Source: Aulosira sp. ZfuVER01
GTDB lineage: Bacteria > Cyanobacteriota > Cyanobacteriia > Cyanobacteriales > Nostocaceae
Assembly: GCA_034530615.2 (NCBI GenBank)
Contig: JAVRCV020000007.1
Span: 106,766 to 170,765 of the forward strand
Length of the DNA: 64,000 nucleotides
Reading direction: 5' to 3'
The notes under the pieces were generated by a model. That model had not been told where the DNA came from and did not search any database. It saw only the letters and a program-made list of their open reading frames with translations. Positions 11,657 through 21,562 of the stretch are shown here, in pieces; positions within the stretch are counted from its first letter, which is position 1, and the number at the start of each line of letters is the position of its first letter. Made by a program: the position numbers and the translations under genes.

Positions 11657-12700
11657 TTACTCGTTGCTTAAAGCTTCACTCAACAAATCACGATGCATTA
11701 AGGCTCGATCCACTAAAGATTGAATTTGCTTCGGCGACAGGGGATCGCCATTAGCATAATGCTCCATCCAAGTTGTACTAATTAAATTGGCGTCCTCTGG
11801 TATATCCGCCAAATCCCACCCAGGCATAGATAAGTCTTCCATGAGACGATTTACCTTGGGATCGTAACTGAGAGCAAAACAGCGACATCCTTCAGCTGCT
11901 GCCATAATCAAGCTGTGTAGGCGCATACCAATGACCATTTCCACACCGCGATACACACCTTTTAAAAGTTGTGGATCTTCCAGACACATAATCTGGCTCA
12001 CATCTTTGAGTTGAGGTTGAATTTCCTCAGCAATTTCTAAATCTTCACTTTTTTGAAATGGCAATAGTAGAATAAACGTTTGCGTGGCTTTTTGAAAATC
12101 AGCCAAAGCACGAGTTAAATTTGCCAAGCGCGTTTCTGTAAGTTGGGGATGCGATCGCAAAGTCACCGCAACTCTGGGCGCAGGTAAATCCCAAAGTCCG
12201 GGTACTGGCTTAGATTCCAAAGCCCAAACTGGGTCAGGTGCAAGGATACAAGGAATTTGCCAATCAGCTAATAAATTCGCACTAGCGCGATCGCGTACAC
12301 TGACCTTGGTACAACCAGCAAAAGTCTGTCTTGCTAACCAACGAGTTTGCGGACGCTTCAAGGGGCCAATTCCCTGGGCCCAAGCAACGGTTTTTAAACC
12401 CATTTTCTGTGCCAAAGTCATCAATCCCCCATAATAAAATGGGTTGATGGCACTAGTAACATCTTGGATTAAACTACCACCGCCCCATATAAAAGCATCA
12501 CAAGAGCGCAAAGCTTGCAGTACAGATGAAACAGCCATGCGATTGTGAGATTCCACACCATAGCGATCGCGGGTTTCCTCAGGATTACCAGAAAGCACCA
12601 CAGGTGTGACATGAGGTGGTAGCATTTGCAAAAGCGTTGCCAATAGAGCTTCGTCACCACCATTACCTTTTCCGTAATACCCAGATAATAACGCCCGCAT
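11657..12700 (-). CDS. csaB: Polysaccharide pyruvyl transferase CsaB
   Basis: LLSGYYGKGNGGDEA, GGGSLIQD, AQGIGP, GMRLHSLI. Confidence 0.92.
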   Translation of the reverse strand: MRALLSGYYGKGNGGDEALLATLLQMLPPHVTPVVLSGNPEETRDRYGVESHNRMAVSSVLQALRSCDAFIWGGGSLIQDVTSAINPFYYGGLMTLAQKMGLKTVAWAQGIGPLKRPQTRWLARQTFAGCTKVSVRDRASANLLADWQIPCILAPDPVWALESKPVPGLWDLPAPRVAVTLRSHPQLTETRLANLTRALADFQKATQTFILLLPFQKSEDLEIAEEIQPQLKDVSQIMCLEDPQLLKGVYRGVEMVIGMRLHSLIMAAAEGCRCFALSYDPKVNRLMEDLSMPGWDLADIPEDANLISTTWMEHYANGDPLSPKQIQSLVDRALMHRDLLSEALSNE

Positions 12701-12829
12701 CGGTTTCATTTTTAATTTTGGATTTTAGCTAATAGAGTTTGTTTGCACCTGATTATCTATCACTTATACAGATGTTAGGTGCGATGGCTGGCATACTTTC
12801 CAAAAAATCGGATTTTTCTTGTGGGAAGA

Positions 12830-12935
12830 TGGGGAGAGGAGAAGCAGGGGAGCAGGGAGCAAGGGGAGAAATGAAAAATGTCCTTGACTCTTGCCTATTG
12901 ACCCTTGACTTTTGACTTTTGACTTTTGACTTTTA
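12830..12935. repeat. STRR-type tandem repeats (GGGAGCA; TTTTGAC)
   Basis: gcaggggagcagggagcaagggg followed by about five TTGACTT units. Confidence 0.8.
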
Positions 12936-12943
12936 ACTTACTT

Positions 12944-13291
12944 ATGCACGCCCTTTCGATTCCCACCTGGATTATTCACGTTTCTAGCGTCATTGAGTGG
13001 ATTGCCGCTATATGGTTAATCTGGACTTACGGCGAACTTACTGGTAATCGGACTTGGTGGGGATTATCCTTCGCCATGTTACCGGCTTTGGTCAGCGCTA
13101 TGTGTGCTTGCACCTGGCACTATTTTGACAATCCAGAATCTTTAGAATGGCTGGTAACACTTCAAGCTACCATGACCTTAGTTGGTAATTTTACTCTTTG
13201 GGCAGCGGCGGTGTGGATTTGGCGTTCCAGCAAATCTGCCCAGAAGGGAATTAATTCTGTTGCAGCCCAACCTATCAAATCAGAGCGATGA
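12944..13291 (+). CDS. Ycf49/DUF2499-family membrane protein
   Basis: MHALSIPTWIIHVSSVIEW...AMCACTWH. Confidence 0.85.
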   Translation: MHALSIPTWIIHVSSVIEWIAAIWLIWTYGELTGNRTWWGLSFAMLPALVSAMCACTWHYFDNPESLEWLVTLQATMTLVGNFTLWAAAVWIWRSSKSAQKGINSVAAQPIKSER

Positions 13292-13602
13292 TATCTAAAG
13301 ACGCCCTTTTTGCCCTTTCACTGTTTCCTTATTTGGGTTTCTTGTGGTTTATCAGCCGCAGTAAGCAAATGCCACGTTTGGCTTTGTATGGATTTTATGG
13401 CACTTTAGTGTTTGTGGGTGTCACCATCCCAGCAGGAATTTATGCCAAGGTCCATTATGGTAAGGCTTTGGCAAATGTCGATTGGCTGCACGGTGGTGCA
13501 GAAGTTTTTTTAACCCTGACTAACATCTTGATTGTGATGGGTTTTTGGCAAGCTGTAAGGCAATTAAAACTGAAAACTTCAACAGAAAAACCCAACGTAT
13601 AG
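13288..13602 (+). CDS. DUF3593-family membrane protein
   Basis: LFALSLFPYLGFL...LANVDWLHGGAE; ATGA overlap with the upstream gene. Confidence 0.85.
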   Translation: MISKDALFALSLFPYLGFLWFISRSKQMPRLALYGFYGTLVFVGVTIPAGIYAKVHYGKALANVDWLHGGAEVFLTLTNILIVMGFWQAVRQLKLKTSTEKPNV

Positions 13603-13633
13603 CTAGCTTTGTGACTGCATTGAGGATGAGGTA

Positions 13634-14407
13634 ATGGATGTAATTCCAGCAATTGATTTACTAGAAGGCCGCTGTGTGCGACTTTATCAGGGTGACTACG
13701 ATCGCTCGCAAGTTTTTAGCGAAAACCCTGCTGATGTTGCTAAACAGTGGGTCGAACAGGGTGCTGCTAGGCTACACGTGGTCGATCTAGATGGTGCAAA
13801 AGCCGGTAAAGTAGTAAACTTGGGGGCAATTGAAGCGATCGCTCAAGCGGTATCAGTACCCATTCAAGTCGGCGGAGGAATGCGCGATCGCGCTAGCGTA
13901 CAGCAAGTATTAAATCTAGGCATACAGCGAGCCATTCTCGGAACCATTGCGGTAGAACAACCCCAGCTAGTACAGCAACTCTGCCAAGAATTTCCCGGAC
14001 AGATTGTCATCGGTATTGATGCTCGCAACGGATTTGTAGCAACTCGCGGTTGGCTAGAAACTTCTGAAGTGTTAGCCACCCAACTAGCTGTACAAATGCA
14101 AGAATTGGGTGCAGCGGCGATTATTTACACCGATATTCACCGCGATGGTACTCTCTCTGGCCCCAATTTAGATGCTTTGCGAGAGCTAGCTACCACAATT
14201 TCTATACCAGTAATTGCCTCTGGTGGAGTGAGTTCTGTCACCGATTTATTGAGCTTGTTGGCATTAGAAGCACAAGGCGTAACTAGTGTAATTGTCGGTC
14301 GTGCCTTATATACAGGCGATATTGACCTTAAAGAAGCACTGCGTGCGATCGGGCCAGGGCGCATTCAAGATATTCCACCCAATCTAGATTTTTCCACCTT
14401 TGCTTAA
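13634..14407 (+). CDS. hisA: ProFAR isomerase HisA
   Basis: [44 protein letters not shown]. Confidence 0.98.
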   Translation: MDVIPAIDLLEGRCVRLYQGDYDRSQVFSENPADVAKQWVEQGAARLHVVDLDGAKAGKVVNLGAIEAIAQAVSVPIQVGGGMRDRASVQQVLNLGIQRAILGTIAVEQPQLVQQLCQEFPGQIVIGIDARNGFVATRGWLETSEVLATQLAVQMQELGAAAIIYTDIHRDGTLSGPNLDALRELATTISIPVIASGGVSSVTDLLSLLALEAQGVTSVIVGRALYTGDIDLKEALRAIGPGRIQDIPPNLDFSTFA

Positions 14408-14649
14408 CATTACCTCTCTTCTTTGACAAGATTACAAAGTTAATCTAGCTACAAGGTGGAAATGGTCACTATATGGGGATATGGGACTTTTTCCCTCCCC
14501 ATCCTTTTACAAGAAGTAAATAGCGAACATCTACGAACAGCAAGATATATTAGGCTACACCTTGGTTCTTTTCCTAAATTTTCCGGATTAATAATTTATA
14601 CTCCTGTAGTTCAAGTTGTAGAGAGTTAACAATCCAAGATTGTCTTCTT

Positions 14650-14775
14650 ATGGCTCGTCGAAAACCTCCCAACAATGGCAAGCCAGCCAAAACTGAGCCT
14701 GGTGCTATCAGGATCAACAGCAACCCAAAAACTGAAAATCAAGAACAGCCTAAAAAACTTGATGAAACAAATTAA
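14650..14775 (+). CDS. Putative 41-aa small protein
   Basis: MARRKPPNNGKPAKTEPGAIRINSNPKTENQEQPKKLDETN; shares a motif with the ORF at 15026. Confidence 0.45.
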   Translation: MARRKPPNNGKPAKTEPGAIRINSNPKTENQEQPKKLDETN

Positions 14776-14858
14776 GTTTCTGGTTGTCAATTTTTTGAAA
14801 ATTTAATTTTTATACTTTGTAATTTGAATTTTTTAACGATAATGGGTTTCCTCTGTAT

Positions 14859-14885
14859 TAGAGACGTAAAATCATAACGTCTCTA
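14859..14885. repeat. REP-like palindrome
   Basis: TAGAGACGT-N9-ACGTCTCTA, followed by a T-run. Confidence 0.6.
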
Positions 14886-15025
14886 TTTTTTTGCTATTTC
14901 TTAGCAGTTTTAAATTTTGAATTATCTGAAATATAAAGACTTAGAATAGTTTTCGGAAATGACCTGGCACATCATGTAGATTAAAAACATAGATAAATTT
15001 TGCATGATTTAAGAGGTTTAGGCTT

Positions 15026-15142
15026 ATGTCCAATCAACAAGGTAATTCCCAACAACCATCTAACCAAAAAGATATAAAAAATCAAGCAACAAGCAGGAAG
15101 AAACCCCTAAATAATGGAATTCCCCCTAAAAGAGATCACTAA
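15026..15142 (+). CDS. Putative 38-aa small protein
   Basis: AAGAGG RBS then MSNQQGNSQQPSNQKDIKNQATSRKKPLNNGIPPKRDH. Confidence 0.5.
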   Translation: MSNQQGNSQQPSNQKDIKNQATSRKKPLNNGIPPKRDH

Positions 15143-15197
15143 TTATGAATTAATAGATATGAAAATGCTGCTTTGTAGAAAAAAATTAGTAAGTAAT

Positions 15198-15229
15198 TTC
15201 GTAGCCAGGACTAAATTCCTGACTACGAA
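15198..15229. repeat. Dispersed palindrome (TTCGTAG...CTACGAA), possible bidirectional terminator
   Basis: TTCGTAGCCAGGA-CTAAAT-TCCTGACTACGAA; related copy at 55653-55703. Confidence 0.6.
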
Positions 15230-15275
15230 TCACTAAACTTACATCCCTACATTTATTTTCAGAGTAGAATCGGTT

Positions 15276-16355
15276 TTATTTATTCTTCACCTGACTCTTC
15301 GCCTGCTCTAATGCTATTTCTTTGATTGCTTGGTACGAATTCACATTAGCAGTACCTTCAATTGCTTTTACTGCTAAATCCTGAACTTGTTTGAGAGCAG
15401 ATTCAAGTTGCTTAGAAAGGTTTTGAATGCGAGTATCTTGATTAGTAATTGTCTGTTCTAGAGATTGCAATCTCTGTTCATAAAAACGCTTCTGTCCTTC
15501 TACTTCTTTGCTATATAAATCTGATTTAATTTTAGCTTGATAGTAGGCAATACCTTTACCTTCTTCTGTTGCTTTTTTGAGAGCAGCTTCTTTCTCTTTA
15601 GGAAATGCTTCTACCTTAGCTTTATATTCTTCAAATTGTTTTTCTCGTTCAGCAATTGCTTTCTCTCGTTCAGTCCACTCTTTCTCCGTTTCTTGTTGAA
15701 ATTCTTCTAACTGCTTATTTAATTCTTTTTGCTGCTGTTCGTATTCATCTTTTGCTAATTTACGTTGCAGTTCCAAATTATACTTATACTCAGCCTCATC
15801 TCTTTGCCGAGTTCTTTTAAGATTTTCATCTCGTTCTTTAATTAATCTGTTATTTTCTTCTTGTTCTTTTATCCAAGTTTTTCTTTGCTCATCTATTTCT
15901 TGTAATAATAGTTCCTTTTGCTCGCTAAACTCTTCTTGATAGTTTTTAGAATTCTCTTCATAGTTGGCAATTAGAGTATCTAAAATATCTTCAGATATTT
16001 CTAAATTATGTAGTTGCTTTAGCTGTTGGACTTCTTGCCCTACATTTTCTCCAATTTCTGCTAATTTAGAGGCTTGCGTAGTTAGCTGTTCTGATAATTC
16101 ATTTGCCGCGCTACCAAAGCCTAACTGAATTTTAGCCAAGCTTTCAATTGTATAATTCATCTTTTGCTGAACAGTAGATTGCGGATTCATAGTAGTTTTT
16201 GGCTCTAGTTTGGGTTTTTCTTTCGCGACAGATTGGTTTTCTTTTAGTGCTTGATTCAGTTGTGTTTTAACGGCTGCTGTCTCTTTGGCTAACTCTTCAT
16301 AAGCTTGAAGTATTTCAGCTTTAGTACTCTTATCAGTTGGTTTTTTAACTACCAC
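15276..16355 (-). CDS. Long coiled-coil protein, probable ZacK (Alr4505-like) polymer-forming protein
   Basis: E/K/Q-rich heptads, paralogous to its neighbour; assignment rests on recalled Anabaena synteny with sphR-sphS-phoU-crp-porin. Confidence 0.65.
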   Translation of the reverse strand: MVVKKPTDKSTKAEILQAYEELAKETAAVKTQLNQALKENQSVAKEKPKLEPKTTMNPQSTVQQKMNYTIESLAKIQLGFGSAANELSEQLTTQASKLAEIGENVGQEVQQLKQLHNLEISEDILDTLIANYEENSKNYQEEFSEQKELLLQEIDEQRKTWIKEQEENNRLIKERDENLKRTRQRDEAEYKYNLELQRKLAKDEYEQQQKELNKQLEEFQQETEKEWTEREKAIAEREKQFEEYKAKVEAFPKEKEAALKKATEEGKGIAYYQAKIKSDLYSKEVEGQKRFYEQRLQSLEQTITNQDTRIQNLSKQLESALKQVQDLAVKAIEGTANVNSYQAIKEIALEQAKSQVKNK

Positions 16356-16404
16356 AATTAACCTCTATAATTTCAAAAAAACTTGCTAAAACGATTAAGA
16401 TAGC

Positions 16405-17382
16405 CTATTTAGAACTATCAAAAGCTCTCATTGCTAAGTCTTGTGCCTGTTTCAATGCAGTTTGTAGTTGAGCAGAAATTCCTTCAATTTGCTCTGTTTG
16501 TTTGTTAATAGTTTCTTCTAAAGACTGAATTTTTAATTCGTAACTCTGTTTGCTAGATTCCCACTCTTTTTCAAATAAATCAGCTTCGACTTTGGCCTTT
16601 TGGCTTGTTTCTTTAATTGCTTCTTCTCTAGCCTTTTTAACTGCTTCTTCCAATTCAGTAGGAAATGCTGCTATTTTTTGCTGATATTCTGTAAACAGAG
16701 GTTTATTTTGAGTGAGAATTTTTTCACGTTCTGCCCAGTTTTTCTGTTTTTCTTGGGTACTTTCTTGTATTTCCCTTTCTAAATTGCGTTTCCGTGCTTC
16801 ATAAGCATCTGTAGTTAATTTTCGTGTAGTTTCTAACTTATATTGATATTCTTCTGCTTCAGAAGAGCGTTGTTTAACTAATACATCGTTGTAAGCTTGT
16901 AGCGCTTCTTCGTATTCTGCTTGCTCTTTCTGCCACTCTTTACGCCTAGTTGTAATTTCTTTTTCCAGAGCTTCTCGCTTACTATAAATTTCTTGTTCTA
17001 GAGTTTTTAATTTTTCTTGATGTTCTTGATTTAAAATGTCTAAAGCATCTGCTACAATTCTGATTTGTTGAAGCTCTTGTAACTGCTGAGTTTCAATTTC
17101 TATAGCCCGATTTAATTCATCTAATTTGGAGTTTTCTTTAGCTAATTTTTCTGATAGGGAATTGACAATACTACCAAATTCCAATTGTAAATCAGCTAAA
17201 CCTTTAACAATACTATCAACAGTATATGTAGAAGCAGCTACCAAAATCTCTTGGCTTTTTGCCTTTTCTGCTTCCTCTTGTTTAGTAGCTATTTTTGAGT
17301 CTAATTTTTTTCTTTCTGCAAGAATTTGTTGAAATGCTTGTACTATTTGTTGTTTGCTGTCTTTGATTGCAATTGTCGTCAT
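16405..17382 (-). CDS. Long coiled-coil protein, probable ZicK (Alr4504-like) polymer-forming protein
   Basis: Coiled-coil; shared motifs LQLEFGS/IQLGFGS and ALKQAQDLAMRA/ALKQVQDLAVKA; RBS AAGGAG; synteny. Confidence 0.65.
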   Translation of the reverse strand: MTTIAIKDSKQQIVQAFQQILAERKKLDSKIATKQEEAEKAKSQEILVAASTYTVDSIVKGLADLQLEFGSIVNSLSEKLAKENSKLDELNRAIEIETQQLQELQQIRIVADALDILNQEHQEKLKTLEQEIYSKREALEKEITTRRKEWQKEQAEYEEALQAYNDVLVKQRSSEAEEYQYKLETTRKLTTDAYEARKRNLEREIQESTQEKQKNWAEREKILTQNKPLFTEYQQKIAAFPTELEEAVKKAREEAIKETSQKAKVEADLFEKEWESSKQSYELKIQSLEETINKQTEQIEGISAQLQTALKQAQDLAMRAFDSSK

Positions 17383-17587
17383 ATTCTAACTCCTTTAAAC
17401 ACGCAACAATGTAGTGAGTAGCAAGCCATACCAAGGCTTACCTATGCAGACATCAGGCTAGCCTGGAAATGTGCATTTTTCACGCAGTGCAAATACTGAA
17501 ACCGAGACTCAACAAACACTCAAAATTATCCATAACTATCTACACAAGTGTCTGCTGGTTTCAATGGAAAAGCTTGATTAATTTTAT

Positions 17588-17601
17588 AGTACTTTTGTAC
17601 T
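17588..17601. promoter_or_regulatory. LexA box
   Basis: AGTAC-TTTT-GTACT fits cyanobacterial RGTAC-NNND-GTWCB; the palindrome extends over 17582-17607. Confidence 0.75.
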
Positions 17602-17607
17602 ATAAAA

Positions 17608-17637
17608 AATATACTCAATTACTTCCGTTATTGTCAA
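17608..17637 (-). promoter_or_regulatory. sigma70 promoter for the coiled-coil operon
   Basis: Minus strand TTGACA-N18-TATATT immediately upstream of the LexA box. Confidence 0.7.
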
Positions 17638-17854
17638 GAAGGAATTGCAGTTATACAGAAATTAAAGATCTTAAGTTATCGAAAACACTCTTACCTGCTT
17701 GTAGCCGCAGTGATTTATAATATGTAACATTCTGTGATGTATGTTACGTTTTATCAATTAGAGCATCACGCCAGAGGCGTAAATGCACTGAGGCTCGATA
17801 ATTGATTCAGTCATCGTCTTAATAGCAGCAAAGACTCAAACTTTTGTAATCTCA

Positions 17855-18607
17855 ATGTATACCAGCGAATCAACCAAGTTTTCTGCCAAAGCGGACATAG
17901 GGCAAACAAGCCGCATTCTAGTAGTAGAAGATGAAGAACTAATCCGGGAAATGCTAGTGGTAGCGTTGGAGGAAGAAGGCTATGGAGTAGTAACGGCTAC
18001 TGATGGGCGATCGGCTGTAGAATATCTCAAAAATTTTGAACCCAACTCAGGAGAAGTGGCCTTTGATTTGGTAATCCTTGATTTAATGCTGCCGCAGATC
18101 AATGGATTAGATATTTGTCGCTTACTGCGTCATCAAGGAAACCCAGTACCGATTTTGATGCTGAGTGCCAAAGGTAGCGAAACTGACCGGGTTCTGGGTT
18201 TAGAAGTAGGAGCAGATGACTATCTCACCAAACCCTTTAGTATGCGGGAGTTAGTTGCTCGCTGTCGTGCTTTACTTCGCCGCCAGCGTTTCAGCACTTT
18301 ACCTCAACTACCCGTATTAAAGTACAAGGATGTGAGCTTGAATCCCCAAGAGTGTCGCGTGCTAGTTCGCGGTCAAGAGGTAAGTTTGTCGCCTAAAGAG
18401 TTTCGGCTTCTAGAACTGTTTATGAGCTATGCTCGTCGGGTTTGGTCGCGGGAACAATTGCTGGATCAAGTTTGGGGGCCTGATTTTGTCGGAGATAGTA
18501 AAACTGTGGATGTTCACATCCGTTGGTTGCGGGAAAAATTAGAGATAGACCCTAGTCGTCCAGAGTACATTGTGACTGTCAGAGGATTTGGCTATCGATT
18601 TGGATAA
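17855..18607 (+). CDS. sphR: OmpR/PhoB-family response regulator (SphR/PhoB)
   Basis: REC + winged helix (KTVDVHIRWLREK, TVRGFGYRF); followed by a kinase and phoU. Confidence 0.85.
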   Translation: MYTSESTKFSAKADIGQTSRILVVEDEELIREMLVVALEEEGYGVVTATDGRSAVEYLKNFEPNSGEVAFDLVILDLMLPQINGLDICRLLRHQGNPVPILMLSAKGSETDRVLGLEVGADDYLTKPFSMRELVARCRALLRRQRFSTLPQLPVLKYKDVSLNPQECRVLVRGQEVSLSPKEFRLLELFMSYARRVWSREQLLDQVWGPDFVGDSKTVDVHIRWLREKLEIDPSRPEYIVTVRGFGYRFG

Positions 18608-18660
18608 TTGCCTAGGATAGTTGTTAGTTTTTAGTAGTTATCAAAAAACTAATGACTTAA

Positions 18661-19974
18661 ATGCTTTTATTGGGATTTTGTTTGGGTTTAGCGGTAGGCA
18701 TTGGGTTTTGGATTTGGCAACAGGTCCAACTAGAGCGCTATTTGGAGCGAGTACTCAAACCTTTAAATTCTCACTCTTCTAAAGTAATACTGCCGCTAAT
18801 TCCTCATTTACGGCAGGAAATTGCAATGGTAAAGCAGCAGCGACAGGATCTACAGCAGTCGCTGGAGACGTACCAAGAACTGTTGGATGTTGCACCATTG
18901 GGATATTTGCAGGTGGATGAAGAAAATCAACTGCTGTGGTGCAATCAGCAAGCTAGGGAGATATTGTATCTGGAGCGCTGGCAACCAGGTCAAGTGCGAT
19001 TGTTACTGGAATTAGTGCGTTCTTATGAACTTGACCGCTTAATTGAACAAACTCGCGATCGCCAACAACCACTGGTGAAAGAGTGGGTATTTCACCCTTC
19101 TTGTGAGGATGCAACAGCAATGTTAGAAATAAAATCGCTGGCTATACGGGCATCCAGCTTTCCCTTACCGCAAGGACAAGTAGGAGTATTTTTAGAAAAT
19201 CGCCAACCCCTGCTAGATATGAATCAAGTAAGAGATCGTTCTTTTTCGGATCTAGCTCACGAACTCAGAACACCACTGACTTCGATTCGTCTGGTTGTGG
19301 AAACTTTACAAAATCGTTTAGAACCACCTTTAAATCGTTGGGTTAACCGTCTGATGCTAGAAGTCGATCGCTTGATCAACTTGGTACAAGGTTGGTTAGA
19401 TCTAACTCAAATGGAAACAGATCCCAGCATTCAATTGCATCCAGAAGCAGTAGAAGTGCGATCGCTAATTGCATCCGTTTGGGAAACTTTAGAACCATTA
19501 GCACAAAGGCAGCATCTCAATCTTAACTATTCGGGAGCAGAATCTCTCTGGATTAAAGCCGATCGCTCCCGAATGTACCAAGTGTTTCTCAACTTGCTCG
19601 ACAACAGCATCAAATACAGCCCTCCTTGTACAACCATTCAAATCCAAGCCAAAATTTTAGCGGCAAAAGATGCTCATCAGGGCAATATTACTTTTTCTAC
19701 CTTGGAAATCAATATCATTGATTCGGGAGTTGGATTTTCCGAAACAGATTTACCCCATGTTTTTGAACGTTTTTACCGAGGAGATAAAGCACGAACGCGG
19801 GATTCAGTACAAGATACTAATTCTACTACTACAATTGTTGGTAGTGGTTTAGGTTTGGCAATAGTCAGGCAAATTGTTCTCGCTCACGGTGGTTTAATCA
19901 AAGCCATGAATCACCCCGAAACTGGTGGCGCATGGATACAAGTTCAACTCCCGGAAGTTATGGCAAATACTTGA
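18661..19974 (+). CDS. sphS: Phosphate-sensing histidine kinase (SphS/PhoR)
   Basis: N-terminal TM, PAS-like region, AHELRTPLT, NLLDNSIKY, GSGLGL; lies between sphR and phoU. Confidence 0.85.
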   Translation: MLLLGFCLGLAVGIGFWIWQQVQLERYLERVLKPLNSHSSKVILPLIPHLRQEIAMVKQQRQDLQQSLETYQELLDVAPLGYLQVDEENQLLWCNQQAREILYLERWQPGQVRLLLELVRSYELDRLIEQTRDRQQPLVKEWVFHPSCEDATAMLEIKSLAIRASSFPLPQGQVGVFLENRQPLLDMNQVRDRSFSDLAHELRTPLTSIRLVVETLQNRLEPPLNRWVNRLMLEVDRLINLVQGWLDLTQMETDPSIQLHPEAVEVRSLIASVWETLEPLAQRQHLNLNYSGAESLWIKADRSRMYQVFLNLLDNSIKYSPPCTTIQIQAKILAAKDAHQGNITFSTLEINIIDSGVGFSETDLPHVFERFYRGDKARTRDSVQDTNSTTTIVGSGLGLAIVRQIVLAHGGLIKAMNHPETGGAWIQVQLPEVMANT

Positions 19975-20023
19975 AGCCAAGACTATATTAAAAAAAAATA
20001 ACTTCACGTTTGAGAATACAAGT

Positions 20024-20692
20024 GTGAAAGCAGCCTTTTATAGCCCCAATCCCGATGGAAACCAGCTGGCGCGCGCTATTAGGCGCTTAGAGCGAGATGT
20101 ATTACGCATGGGAGCTTTGGTGGAACAATCGTTTCGTCTCAGCCACCAAGCCTTATTTTCCCGCAATCTCACAGCAGCTGAGGAGCTTCCGCAATTAGAT
20201 AAAAAAATCGATCGCTTTTATAGACAAATCGAGTCAGACTGTACAACAATCATGACACTGCAAGCAACTACGCCACAAGATTTGCGTTGCTTGAGTGCAT
20301 TTATGCAGCTAGTGCGAGATTTAGAACGGATTGGGGATTACGCCGAAGATCTTGCTGAAATTGCCATTAAAATCTTTCCTTACCCGCCTCATGCATCGTT
20401 ACCAGAGATTGCAGTGATGTCTCATCATGCTCAAGCTATGTTAGCTACTAGCTTGGTGGCTTTAGCTGATTTGGATGAAGCTAGTGGGCGCAGTGTTAAA
20501 CACTTAGATGATGCTGTCGATAATGCCTATGAGCGTCTCTATCAGACTTTAGCTTTTCAAAGGGATGTTCCCGGCGTAGTGGAACCCATTGTTCTGTTGG
20601 CATTGGCCATTCGCTGTTTAGAACGCATGGCAGACCATGCTACTAATATTGGTCAACGAGTAGCATACATTGTTACTGGTCAACGTTCCTGA
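20024..20692 (+). CDS. phoU: Phosphate signalling protein PhoU
   Basis: RMGALVE, DLERIGDYA, LERMADHATNI; probable GTG start. Confidence 0.95.
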   Translation: MKAAFYSPNPDGNQLARAIRRLERDVLRMGALVEQSFRLSHQALFSRNLTAAEELPQLDKKIDRFYRQIESDCTTIMTLQATTPQDLRCLSAFMQLVRDLERIGDYAEDLAEIAIKIFPYPPHASLPEIAVMSHHAQAMLATSLVALADLDEASGRSVKHLDDAVDNAYERLYQTLAFQRDVPGVVEPIVLLALAIRCLERMADHATNIGQRVAYIVTGQRS

Positions 20693-21562
20693 TTTAGGCT
20701 ACTAAACCCTAAAAACAAGAAATTGGGACTAACAGAAGAGGCTGGGGAGCAGGGATCAAGGGGGAAGATTTAGGATTTCCTCTGGCAAAAGTGTTTCAAG
20801 CCCACGCCACTTCTATTTTTTGGATAAAAAATTAGTGAAATGTATGATATTTCACTAAAAGCTTACCTGTTCTTAAACTTTCAACTTTAAAGTTAGGCCA
20901 AAATAACACAGTAATACTTGTAGCCCAGTCAGACTGATAAGTATCACTTGTTTGGATTTCTTGATGTTTAGGGGAAAAAGTTCAGGGGGATCAATAATTG
21001 GTTTTTCCAAATATTGTATAAAATAACACAGTCTATTCAGATCTATCAAAGCAAGATAGCAAGCTGGTAAATTTTGAGTAATTAAAGGCAAGGAAGAACA
21101 AGAGATTTTATTTAATCAATACTTGGTAGCATTTGTTGCATATTTTTGGATTCTTGTTTCAGCAGAAAAATGTATGGAGCATCACAGATTTGTATTCTAG
21201 AAAGCTTAACAATATTGTCAAAAGTAATACTTAACTTTATTCTTCCATCTGCAACAAAATTAGTTAAGCCTGTTAATTTTGCTAAAATTACGCTAATTAA
21301 GAAATGTTTTCACCACAAAATAGCAAGTGTGAATAGTTCAGTTAACGTTCAATTAAATGAACTTAGTAAATATAAAAAATTAGCTAGGCTTATTATCGAA
21401 ATATTTTATTATTTTCATAGATGAATATATCTATCTTTATCTTTATTCAAAATTTCTGAATCAATTTTCCCAAGCATTGTAATCTATATAATCAAGTATT
21501 AAATTAATCTTGACTGTTGTTCAAACACTCAAGCATTTCTACTCCATCAAACCTGTATCTGA

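Noticed and set aside
14462..14629. 55-codon ORF after hisA
   Set aside because: No motif shared with the neighbouring small ORFs and no other support.
17723..17747. NtcA site upstream of sphR (GTG-N8-TAC)
   Set aside because: Imperfect, and no TAN3T element at the expected distance downstream.
20873..21424. Short AT-rich ORFs in long intergenic regions (also 17469, 30250, 30421, 43800, 48292)
   Set aside because: No recognisable motif or convincing RBS; they overlap probable promoter regions.
20700..21560. Pho boxes upstream of crp/porin
   Set aside because: Several CTTAAC-like hexamers occur, but I could not find three at 11-bp spacing; a PWM scan is needed.
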